A DNA stretch of 64,000 nucleotides. It comes from Dongiaceae bacterium (GTDB lineage Bacteria; Verrucomicrobiota; Verrucomicrobiia; Limisphaerales; JAFMIX01). Position numbers and translations under genes: made by a program. Each line of letters opens with the position of its first letter. Positions within the stretch are counted from its first letter, which is position 1. The stretch covers positions 20,188 to 84,187 of the forward strand of contig DATJIU010000105.1 of NCBI GenBank assembly GCA_035492855.1, read 5' to 3'. Positions 17,380 to 26,235 of the stretch are shown one piece after another. The notes beneath the pieces were generated by a model. The model saw only the letters and a program-made list of their open reading frames with translations, did no database searches and was not told the DNA's origin.

Positions 17380-19650
17380 ATGAAAAAACATTGGTTGGTT
17401 TTGGCGACGGGAGTCGCGCTCTCCTCCTGCCCGGTTAAGGCAGCCGACCTGGCGCAATACGTCAATCCGTTCATCGGCACGGTGGTGGGCTCGGGCAATA
17501 CCTATCCCGGATCGCAGGTGCCGTTTGGCATGATTTCCTGGAGCCCGCAGAGTGGAGACTTCGGATCGAGCCCCGGCGGTTACAGCTACAAAAACGACCA
17601 GATCAATGGCTTTGGCCTGGTGCATCTGAGCGGCGCCGGTTGCAACGCTGCGTGCGATCTGCCGTTTATGCCCTGCACCGGCGAGTTGAAGGATTCGCCG
17701 GCCACGCATCGCAATGCCTACAGTTCGGCGTTTTTCCACACCAACGAAGTGGCCACGCCCGGCTATTATTCCGTGCTGCTTTCCACGTGGAACATTGCCT
17801 TTGAGAACACGGTCACGCCGCGCGCGGGCATCGCGCACATTGATTATCCTGCCACCGGCACGCCGAACCTGATTTTAAATCCCACCGCCGACGGCACGGG
17901 TTTGAAGGATGGTCTGATTGCCATTGATCCGGCGCATCGCACCATTTCCGGTTGGGCCAAGAGCGGCAGCTTTTGCGGCATCAATGGCTGCGACTACACC
18001 GTGTATTTCGTGGCCAAATTTGACCGCCCGTTCGCGGCCTACGGCACGTGGCAAAAGGATGACCAGCATCCGGGCGCCACGGTGGTGAGCGGTCCCGGAC
18101 CGGCCAGTTATGTGACGTTTGACACCGCGGCCGGCCGCCGGGTGACCATGAAGGTAGGCATGTCCTTTGTCAGCGCGGCCAACGCCGAACGCAATTTGGA
18201 CGCGGAAATTCCCGGCTGGGATTTTGCCGCCGTCAAGACCGCTGCCCGCAAGGAGTGGAACCGTTGCCTCGACCGCATCCAGGTTTCCGGTGGCAATGCG
18301 GATGACATGGTGGTGTTCTATACCGCGCTGTATCACGCCCTGCTGCTGCCGTCCATTTACGAGGACGTGAACGGTGAATACCGTGGCATGGATGACGCCG
18401 TGCATAACGTGAAACCGGGGCATCATTTTCTGGCGACCTTCTCCGGCTGGGATACCTATCGCACGCAGGCGCAGTTGTGGGGGCTGCTGTATCCCGACAT
18501 GGCCAGCGACTTTTGCTCCTCCTTCCTGGCCATGGCCCGGGAAACGCAGCACAACGGCGGTGGCGGTTTGCCGTTGTGGAGCATGTTCAACGACGAGACG
18601 CTCGTGATGGCCGGTTATCCGGCAGACCCCTACATCGCCAGTGCCTATGCCTTTGGCGCCACCAATTTTGACCTCGCGGCGTTGAAGGCTGTGATGGTGG
18701 ACTCGGGCCTGCACCAACGCTGGTGCGGGCGCAATCTCAATTACACCTGGGAGCGGTTGCCCGAGTATGAACTCTACGGCTATTGCCCGGCAGATGTCAT
18801 GGGCTCGGCCTGCTCGCGCAACGTGGAGTATTCCGTGGCCGATTTCTCCATCGCCGAAATTTGCCGCCAGACTGGCGATATGGAGAATTACCGCTATTTC
18901 CTGAAACGCTCGCAAAACATTTTCAATCTCTTCAATTCCGCGACCGGTTATCTGCAGCAGAAAAAGCGCGATGGCAGTTGGGTCGAGCCCTTCGACCGTT
19001 TTTCCGGCGACGGTTTCATGGAAGGCAATTCGGCGCAGTACACCTGGACCATCCCGCATAGTCTGAACAAGCTGATCAGTCTGGCTGGCGGCAAGGACAA
19101 GGTGGAGGCGCGGATTGACGAACTGACCGCCCAACTCGCGCAAGGCTACGATTACCAGAGCAAGCACTACGAGGCGGGCAATGAGCCGTGCTTCGGCATC
19201 ATGCCGGTGTACAACTGGCTGCAAAAGCCCTGGAAGGCACAGGCCAAGTTCCGCACCGTGATGGAGACGCAGTTCCGCAACACGCCCGACGGTATTCCCG
19301 GCGATGACGACAGCGGCGCGATGTCCGCGTGGTTCATCTTCGGCGCATTGGGAATGTATCCCGAAATTCCGGGCGTGGGCGGAGTCACAGTGTTGAGCCC
19401 GTTGTTTCCCCAGGCGGTGCTGCATCTGCCAAACGGCAAAACGGTCACCATCAACGCGCAGAATGCCGCGCGCGAAGCGAAGTACATCCAGAGCATGAAA
19501 ATCAACGGCGCGCCCAATTCCAAACTGTGGCTGCCGGTGGCCACTTTGCAGGCGGGAGCGGCGCTGGATTTCACCATGGGTGCCGCGCCTAACCCCGAAT
19601 GGGGCGCCGCAGCGGCCGATGCGCCGCCGTCCTTCGAGCCGGTCAACTGA
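17380..19650 (+). CDS. GH92 family alpha-mannosidase (756 aa)
   Basis: Signal peptide; VNPFIGT...GNTYPGSQVPFGMISWSP N-terminal block and GDDDSGAMSAWFIFGALGMYP block typical of GH92. Confidence 0.88.
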   Translation: MKKHWLVLATGVALSSCPVKAADLAQYVNPFIGTVVGSGNTYPGSQVPFGMISWSPQSGDFGSSPGGYSYKNDQINGFGLVHLSGAGCNAACDLPFMPCTGELKDSPATHRNAYSSAFFHTNEVATPGYYSVLLSTWNIAFENTVTPRAGIAHIDYPATGTPNLILNPTADGTGLKDGLIAIDPAHRTISGWAKSGSFCGINGCDYTVYFVAKFDRPFAAYGTWQKDDQHPGATVVSGPGPASYVTFDTAAGRRVTMKVGMSFVSAANAERNLDAEIPGWDFAAVKTAARKEWNRCLDRIQVSGGNADDMVVFYTALYHALLLPSIYEDVNGEYRGMDDAVHNVKPGHHFLATFSGWDTYRTQAQLWGLLYPDMASDFCSSFLAMARETQHNGGGGLPLWSMFNDETLVMAGYPADPYIASAYAFGATNFDLAALKAVMVDSGLHQRWCGRNLNYTWERLPEYELYGYCPADVMGSACSRNVEYSVADFSIAEICRQTGDMENYRYFLKRSQNIFNLFNSATGYLQQKKRDGSWVEPFDRFSGDGFMEGNSAQYTWTIPHSLNKLISLAGGKDKVEARIDELTAQLAQGYDYQSKHYEAGNEPCFGIMPVYNWLQKPWKAQAKFRTVMETQFRNTPDGIPGDDDSGAMSAWFIFGALGMYPEIPGVGGVTVLSPLFPQAVLHLPNGKTVTINAQNAAREAKYIQSMKINGAPNSKLWLPVATLQAGAALDFTMGAAPNPEWGAAAADAPPSFEPVN

Positions 19651-19659
19651 AGTATCGTG

Positions 19660-21576
19660 ATGCGGTGGCTTGGCAAATTAGCGGTGGTGGCGCTCGCTGT
19701 GGCTAGTCTGGCATCGGGATGTCTCCGGGCGGCAGACTCCTGGTCGCTGACTTCGCCTGATGGCCAGTGCGAGATTCGGGTGACACTCAATGCTGCCGGC
19801 CATCTGACCTACCAGGTTTCCCGGGCCGGCAAAACCGCGCTCCGGCCGGCGCCGCTCGGGTTACGTTGCAACGACCAGGAATTCACCGGCGGTTTGCGGC
19901 TGGAACAGGCGGCAGCCGCAACCGCGCGGCCGGAACGCTATGAACTGCTGGCCGGCCCCGTGCCGCACGTGAACCACGAATTGAATCTCCGGCAGCTCAA
20001 ATTTCGCAACTTGGCCGGCGCCCCGCTCGTGGTGGAACTGGCTGCGGCCAACGAAGGCGTGGCCTTCCGGTACGTTTTCCCGGATACCAATGCCGCCGGG
20101 CGCATTGTGGAATCCGAGCAAACCGGCTTTGCCCTGCCGCCGGATGCGTCCGGCTGGTTGCAGCCGTTTCATGCCGCCGGACCGTACACGCCGGCGTATG
20201 AGGATTTCTATTTTTTCGTGACGCCCGGTACCCCGCCGCCGGATTCCCGGGCGCGAGCGATTGGCTGGGCCTTTCCCGCGTTGTTCCAGGTGCCGCAAGC
20301 CGATGCCTGGGTGCTGCTCACCGAGTCCGGCACGGATGGCGGCTATTGCGCGTGCCATCTGGGACCGGATTCCGCTGGCGGTTTGTATCACATCGCCTTT
20401 CCTGCGGCGGATGAAACCACCCAAGGCTGGACCAACCGCTTTGGCCCCGAGCCGCGGATAACCTCGCCCGCGAGCCTGCCCTGGCGGGTCATCGTGCTGG
20501 GGCGTTCGGCAGGTGATATTGCCCTGGCCACGCTGGTCACTGATTTGGCGCCGCCGACACAGGTTGCAGACACTTCCTGGATCAAGCCGGGCCGCGCCTC
20601 GTGGATGTGGTGGTCCTATCCCGACGGCCCGGCCACGGCCGCGCGGTTTGATGAATTTACCGATCTGGCCGCCCGGATGGGCTGGGAATATACACTGTTT
20701 GATGCGGGCTGGTGGCAGCCGGGCCTCGAAAAAATTTCGCGCTACGCGCAGTTCCGGAACGTGATGCCGCTGGCGTGGCTGCACGCGGCGGACTTTTATG
20801 ACCCGGCCCGCCGGGCAAAGAAGCTGGATGAAATGGTGGCGGCGGGGATTCGCGGGGTGAAGGTGGATTTCTGGTGCTCGGACCGGCAGGAGGCCATGGC
20901 CGCCATGCAGGGGCTCTTTCGTGACGCCGCGGCGCGCAAATTGTTGGTGAACCTGCACGGCTGCACCATTCCGCGCGGCTGGCAGCGGACCTGGCCGAAT
21001 TTCCTCACCGCCGAAGCCGTGCTCGGTTCGGAGTCATATTTTTATGAGCCGAGCTACACGGAAAAGGCCGCGGAACTGGACACTGTTCTGCCGTTCACGC
21101 GCAATGCCGTGGGGCCGATGGATGTCACGCCGGTGGCGTGCTCGCCCAAAAAATACCCCCGCACCACCACGGCGGCGCATCAACTGGCGGCGGCGCTGGT
21201 GTTCACTTCCGGGCTGGTGCATTACGCCGATTCGCCGGAATTTTTTGCAACGCTGCCGGCAGCCATGCAGCAGGTGCTGCGCGATGCTCCGGCGCGCTGG
21301 GATGAAACCCGGTGGCTCACGGCGGAACCCGGACGCGAAGTGATCTTCGCCCGGCGCGCGGGAAACAGTTGGTTCATCGCCGGATTGAACGGAACGGCCG
21401 CGGCCCGGCCGGTGGACTTGGATCTGACGGCGTTCGCGGGCTTTCCGCACCGGGTGGAGATTGTGGATGGCCCCAATGCCCTCATGGAAGTAACCGCCAC
21501 GAACTTGCCCATAGCCTCGCGCTGGCAGCATGAAATGCCGGCGCGCGGCGGGTTCATTTTGCGGTTGGACAAATAG
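19660..21576 (+). CDS. GH97 family glycoside hydrolase (alpha-glucosidase/alpha-galactosidase type), 638 aa
   Basis: ATG 19660 (track start 19657 is GTG); signal peptide; GH97-like N-terminus SPDGQCEIRVTLNAAGHLTYQVSRAGKTALRPAPLGL; GVKVDFW block. Confidence 0.8.
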   Translation: MRWLGKLAVVALAVASLASGCLRAADSWSLTSPDGQCEIRVTLNAAGHLTYQVSRAGKTALRPAPLGLRCNDQEFTGGLRLEQAAAATARPERYELLAGPVPHVNHELNLRQLKFRNLAGAPLVVELAAANEGVAFRYVFPDTNAAGRIVESEQTGFALPPDASGWLQPFHAAGPYTPAYEDFYFFVTPGTPPPDSRARAIGWAFPALFQVPQADAWVLLTESGTDGGYCACHLGPDSAGGLYHIAFPAADETTQGWTNRFGPEPRITSPASLPWRVIVLGRSAGDIALATLVTDLAPPTQVADTSWIKPGRASWMWWSYPDGPATAARFDEFTDLAARMGWEYTLFDAGWWQPGLEKISRYAQFRNVMPLAWLHAADFYDPARRAKKLDEMVAAGIRGVKVDFWCSDRQEAMAAMQGLFRDAAARKLLVNLHGCTIPRGWQRTWPNFLTAEAVLGSESYFYEPSYTEKAAELDTVLPFTRNAVGPMDVTPVACSPKKYPRTTTAAHQLAAALVFTSGLVHYADSPEFFATLPAAMQQVLRDAPARWDETRWLTAEPGREVIFARRAGNSWFIAGLNGTAAARPVDLDLTAFAGFPHRVEIVDGPNALMEVTATNLPIASRWQHEMPARGGFILRLDK

Positions 21577-21669
21577 AACGTAAAATCATCTGCTGCGGTC
21601 CAATGTTTGAAATCATGCGCCGCAGCATTCTGCAAGCGCTATGGCGGAGGATTTTTTAGACTGCGAAAT

Positions 21670-24072
21670 ATGAAAGCTCCCTGGTGTTATCGCGCAAGCT
21701 GGCTGGCCCTGGCTGTCGTGTTATGCGGCGGACGGATGGTTGGCGCCGCTGAGGCCCGGTTTTTTGATCCGGAAACTACCATCTGGTTTGATACACCCGC
21801 GAAGAACTTCACGGAGTCCGCGCCGCTGGGCAACGGCCGGCTCGGCGCGATGATGTTTGGCGACGTTGCGGAGGAGCGCATTGTGCTCAACGAAAGTTCG
21901 GTGTGGTCGGGTTCGCGCCAGAATGCGGACCGGCCGGAGGCCTACAAGGCGCTGCCGGAAATCCGTCGCCTGCTGCTGGCGGGCAAGAACACCGAGGCCG
22001 AGGCGTTAGTGAACGCCAACTTTACCTGTCAGGGGCCCGGTTCCGGCGGTGGCCAGTACGGCTGCTATCAGGTACTCGGCAATTTGCATCTCAGCTTTGC
22101 CGGCAACACCAATGCCCCGGTGACCGATTATCGGCGGGAACTGGATTTGAACGACGCCACGGCGCGATTGCACTACGCCCGGGACGGCGTCACCTACCGG
22201 CGGGAAATGTTTGTGAGTGCGCCGGACCAGGTAATGGTGTTGCGGTTGACCGCCGACGCCCGCAAGCACATTTCCTTCAGTCTGCGGCTCGACCGCCCCG
22301 AACGGTTTGAAACGCACGCCCTCAGTGCCAACGAACTGTTGATGACCGGCCAGTTGGACAATGGCGTGGATGGCAAGGGCTTGAAATACGTGGCGCGCGT
22401 GCGGGTCTTGAACCGGGGCGGCGCCGTCATTGCCGATGGCAATACGTTGGTGGTAAATGGCGCGGACGAGGTGGTAGTGCTGATCGGGGCGGGCACGGAT
22501 TACGTGGGCTTTGCCGGCCGGCAAACACCGGATCCCATGGCCGCCGTGCAAAGTGACCTGGACCATGCGGCTGCGAAATCTTACGCGGCGTTGCACCGGG
22601 CGCACGTGGCGGATTTTCAAAAATACTTCCAGCGGGTTTCGCTCTGGTTGCCGCCCGCCGACGTGACCGCCGCCTTCCAGCCCACGCCCCGGCGCCTTGA
22701 GCAGGCCAAGCTGGCCGCCGGCGATCCGAATCTCGCCGCGCTGTATTTCAACTTCGGCCGCTATCTCCTGATTTCCTCGTCCCGGCCCGGCGGCTTTCCC
22801 GCCAACTTGCAAGGCATCTGGGCGGAGGAAATTCACACCCCGTGGACCGGCGACTGGCATCTCGATGTGAACGTGCAGATGAATTACTGGCCGGCCGAGG
22901 TGTGCAATCTGCCGGAACTGGCCCAGCCGCTCTTTGCCCTCATCGCTTCACTGCAAGAGCCCGGCGCGAAAACCGCGCAAGCCTATTACCACGCACGCGG
23001 CTGGGTGGCGCACGTCATCACCAACCCGTGGGGTTTTACCTCGCCGGGCGAATCGGCCTCGTGGGGCGCTTCCACCTGCGGCTCGGCGTGGCTGGGCCAG
23101 CATTTGTGGGATCACTGGCGGTTCACGCGCGACCGCAACTACCTGGCTTGGGCGTATCCCATTTTGAAAGGCTCGGCGCTGTTTTATTCCGACATGCTCA
23201 TCGAGGAGCCCAAACATCATTACCTGGTGGTGGCGCCCGCGAACTCGCCGGAAAACCATTTCATCAAGCCGGACGGCCAGCAGGCGGCCATTTCGGCGGG
23301 CACCACGATGTACGACCAGATGTTGCGCTACCTGTTCGGCGCGTGCATTGAGGCTTCGCGCATTCTTAACACCGACGCAGATTTCCGGAATGAACTCATC
23401 GCCAAGCGCGCGCGGCTGGCGCCCACGCCCATCGGAGCGGACGGGCGTATCATGGAATGGCCGGAGGAATATGCCGAGCCCGACCTGCACCACCGGCACG
23501 TCTCGCATTTGTGGGGACTGTACCCCGGCGATGAAATTTCGCCGGCCACCACGCCGACGCTGGCCCAAGCCGCAGTGAAGTCGCTCGACGTGCGGGGTGA
23601 TGATGGGGTGGGTTGGTCGCTGGCCTACAAGGCGGCGTTGTGGGCGCGGCTAAACGACGGCGACCATGCGTGGAAGCTGGTGCGCCAGGCGATGCAGCCA
23701 GCGTACGGCATGGACATCCGTTACGACGGCGGCGGCGGCGTGTATCCAAATTTGTTCGATGCGTGCCCGCCGTTTCAAATTGACGGCAACTTCGGCGTTA
23801 CTGCCGCCATCGCGGAAATGCTGATGCAAAGCCAGGATGGCACCATCCGGCTATTGCCGGCGCTGCCGGAGGCCTGGCCGGACGGATCGGTGTCGGGGCT
23901 GTGCGCGCGGGGCGATTTTGTGGTGGACATCGCGTGGCAACATGGACGGCTGACGCATGCTACGATAACGTCCCGCGCAAGCCAGCCCTGCCGGGTGAGT
24001 TATGCGGGCCGGACGGTGGAGTTGAAACTCCAACCCGGACAACACGTGACGCTTGATGGAAATTTGAAGTGA
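21670..24072 (+). CDS. GH95 family alpha-L-fucosidase (800 aa)
   Basis: ATG 21670 gives signal peptide MKAPWCYRASWLALAVVL; GH95 N-terminal block WFDTPA...APLGNGRLGAMMFG...ERIVLNESSVWSG and long (alpha/alpha)6 region. Confidence 0.88.
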   Translation: MKAPWCYRASWLALAVVLCGGRMVGAAEARFFDPETTIWFDTPAKNFTESAPLGNGRLGAMMFGDVAEERIVLNESSVWSGSRQNADRPEAYKALPEIRRLLLAGKNTEAEALVNANFTCQGPGSGGGQYGCYQVLGNLHLSFAGNTNAPVTDYRRELDLNDATARLHYARDGVTYRREMFVSAPDQVMVLRLTADARKHISFSLRLDRPERFETHALSANELLMTGQLDNGVDGKGLKYVARVRVLNRGGAVIADGNTLVVNGADEVVVLIGAGTDYVGFAGRQTPDPMAAVQSDLDHAAAKSYAALHRAHVADFQKYFQRVSLWLPPADVTAAFQPTPRRLEQAKLAAGDPNLAALYFNFGRYLLISSSRPGGFPANLQGIWAEEIHTPWTGDWHLDVNVQMNYWPAEVCNLPELAQPLFALIASLQEPGAKTAQAYYHARGWVAHVITNPWGFTSPGESASWGASTCGSAWLGQHLWDHWRFTRDRNYLAWAYPILKGSALFYSDMLIEEPKHHYLVVAPANSPENHFIKPDGQQAAISAGTTMYDQMLRYLFGACIEASRILNTDADFRNELIAKRARLAPTPIGADGRIMEWPEEYAEPDLHHRHVSHLWGLYPGDEISPATTPTLAQAAVKSLDVRGDDGVGWSLAYKAALWARLNDGDHAWKLVRQAMQPAYGMDIRYDGGGGVYPNLFDACPPFQIDGNFGVTAAIAEMLMQSQDGTIRLLPALPEAWPDGSVSGLCARGDFVVDIAWQHGRLTHATITSRASQPCRVSYAGRTVELKLQPGQHVTLDGNLK

Positions 24073-24081
24073 GCTTTGCGT

Positions 24082-24123
24082 CGCCGCCACGTTCATATGT
24101 TACCATAGTGCGGCGGTTTCTCT
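24082..24123 (+). terminator. Possible intrinsic terminator after GH95 gene
   Basis: CGCCGCCAC ... GTGCGGCGG stem (8 bp with one bulged C), 17-nt loop, followed by TTTCTCT. Confidence 0.35.
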
Positions 24124-24496
24124 GCTGGCGGGACACCTCTCAGCCGGAGTTCCGGGCGCCTCCTTTTCGCAGACCCTTCCGGCGAAAACTTTTCCGAAGC
24201 AACCCGCTGCGAATTTTTGCGGCGTCTCATCCGGCACTGATGTGAATCAGGCCGATGGAACCGCGTTGGAGGCAAGGTGAGGTGGATAAATTTTGTTCAA
24301 TATTCTTCACTGAATGGAATTGCAAGATTATGCGCGGGGTTGGCGGTAGAGTAGCGCAGAATCACCGAGGTATCAGGTCGCCCAACCACCATGGCAGCGT
24401 TGCTGCCGGTGTCGGGGGCGTTTTGTTCCCGGTGCGATGACAACCGCAACCCGTACCAAACCGAACCCAACAGCAACCAACCGCATCCTAACCCCT

Positions 24497-25195
24497 ATGA
24501 AGACCGCGCTACTCTGCGTCGCCGTTACAGGCGCCCTCGCCGCCGGCGCCTCCGCCGCCGACGTGACCTGGCAGGCTCCGCATACCATTACCGGCCCTTC
24601 CGACGTGTACAATCTGGGCACCGGAAAAGGCACGTGGGCACCGTACAATTTTGACGCCTTCTCCGGCATTCCTGTGAATGGCGTCTCGTTCAACGCCTTC
24701 ACCGACATTGCCAACTTTGACAACAGCGGCATCGGGTTTGTGGATGGCGGGGCCTATTTTAATGCGACCACCAGCGATGCGAATTACAACCTGGTGATCC
24801 GCTCAGGCGGTTACGGCGGCAGCAATCCCGGCACGCTCAGCCTGAGCGGCCTGACCGCCGGCGACACCTACCTGGTTCAGTTTTGGGTGAACGACGGCCG
24901 GAACATCGGGCAGACCCGGTGGGAGACTTTCACCGGCGGGGCCAACACTTCGTCCGGCGTCTATTACGGTTCTGATGGCAGCGGCCTGGGGCAGTATGTC
25001 ATTGGCACCTTTGTGGCCGATGGCAGCGGCAACCAGTCGTTTACGGTGACGCCCTTTGCGCTCGATCAGAGCAGCATCCAGCTTAATGCGTTTCAGTTGC
25101 GGGATGTGACCGGCGTCCCCGAGCCCGCCACGCTGGCGATGCTGGGCGTCGGGCTGGCCGCGATGGGCTGGGCTTTCCGCCGGAAGGCCGTGTAA
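24497..25195 (+). CDS. PEP-CTERM-anchored secreted protein (232 aa)
   Basis: ATG 24497 gives signal peptide MKTALLCVAVTGALAAGASAA; C-terminus VPEPATLAMLGVGLAAMGWAFRRKAV = PEP motif + TM + basic tail. Confidence 0.8.
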   Translation: MKTALLCVAVTGALAAGASAADVTWQAPHTITGPSDVYNLGTGKGTWAPYNFDAFSGIPVNGVSFNAFTDIANFDNSGIGFVDGGAYFNATTSDANYNLVIRSGGYGGSNPGTLSLSGLTAGDTYLVQFWVNDGRNIGQTRWETFTGGANTSSGVYYGSDGSGLGQYVIGTFVADGSGNQSFTVTPFALDQSSIQLNAFQLRDVTGVPEPATLAMLGVGLAAMGWAFRRKAV

Positions 25196-25310
25196 GAAAA
25201 TGAGAAGTTTCCATCGTTCCCCGCCCGGGTGGAATGATGGTCTGGCAAGTGGATGGGTGTAGGGGGTGGCAAATCCCGGGCAGTTTCATCATTTCAATTC
25301 GTAGCGCAAA

Positions 25311-26204
25311 ATGTTGTACCGTTCATTGTCTCTCCGGCGCCGTCAGGGCCGGTCCTGTGCCGGCGGCTTTACCTTGATCGAACTGCTCGTCGTGGTGGCG
25401 ATCATTGCCATTCTGGCCGGGCTGCTGTTGCCTGCCCTGAGCAAGGCCAAATTGAAGGCCATGACCGCCGCCTGCCTGAGCAACCAGAAACAACTCTGCA
25501 TTGCCTGGACCATGTACGTGGACGACAACCAGGGCCGCATCGTCAATTTCGACACCGCCCGCAACGCCACTGGTGACACCCCGTGGCTGTTTGCCACGCC
25601 CAATCCCGTTCCCGTCATTCCGCCAGGGTCCTCCCCGGAAGACAAGGACACCCTGTTCCTCCAGCAAGGCTTCAAACAGGGTGCATTGTGGCAATATGCA
25701 CCCAACGTGGGCGTGCTGCATTGTCCCGCCGATGCGCGGGGCAAGAAGGCCTTCGTGGTCAACCCTGCGGGACCGCCCGGCTCGTTTGCCTACGGCAGCT
25801 ACGCCGGCGTGGGTGGTTTGAACGGCGCCCTGTATGCTCCCAATACGCCCATCTCCAAACAGTCCGGCATCACCCATCCCAGCGAGCGTTATCTCTGGGT
25901 GGAGGAGAACGACCCGCGCGGCGAGAACCGCAGTTCTTGGGTGATGGCGCCGGGCACGGCACCCACGTTCACCGATTCGGCGTTCGTGGATTCCGTGGCG
26001 AGCTGGCATGGCGCCACCAGCACTTTTAGTTGGGCCGACGGCCATGCGGAGAGTCATCACTGGCTGGACCCGGCCACCATCAAGTACGCCTTGAGTGACA
26101 ACCCCAACAAATATTTTGGCGGTGCGGTGGTGCCCAGCTATGCCCAGTCGCCCCGCGACCTGCTTTTTCTTGCCCGGGGTTATGCCACCCAGCAAAACCC
26201 GTGA
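25311..26204 (+). CDS. Prepilin-type N-terminal cleavage/methylation protein with H-X9-DG motif (297 aa)
   Basis: AGG|FTLIELLVVVAIIAILAGLLLPAL prepilin signature (F+1, E+5); C-terminal WHGATSTFSWADGH fits H-X9-DG. Confidence 0.85.
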   Translation: MLYRSLSLRRRQGRSCAGGFTLIELLVVVAIIAILAGLLLPALSKAKLKAMTAACLSNQKQLCIAWTMYVDDNQGRIVNFDTARNATGDTPWLFATPNPVPVIPPGSSPEDKDTLFLQQGFKQGALWQYAPNVGVLHCPADARGKKAFVVNPAGPPGSFAYGSYAGVGGLNGALYAPNTPISKQSGITHPSERYLWVEENDPRGENRSSWVMAPGTAPTFTDSAFVDSVASWHGATSTFSWADGHAESHHWLDPATIKYALSDNPNKYFGGAVVPSYAQSPRDLLFLARGYATQQNP

Positions 26205-26235
26205 CCCTTTGTCTCCTCAACCCCCGAACCCCCCT

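Noticed and set aside
24334-24390. tRNA-like look: GCGGGGTTGGCGGTAGAGTAGCGCAG … CGCCCAACCACCA
   Set aside because: It has a D-arm-like GGTAGAG and a 3' ACCA. However, there is no T-loop (GTTCRANYC) consensus, no 7-bp acceptor pairing and the length is too short. It is probably just promoter or leader sequence of the PEP-CTERM gene.
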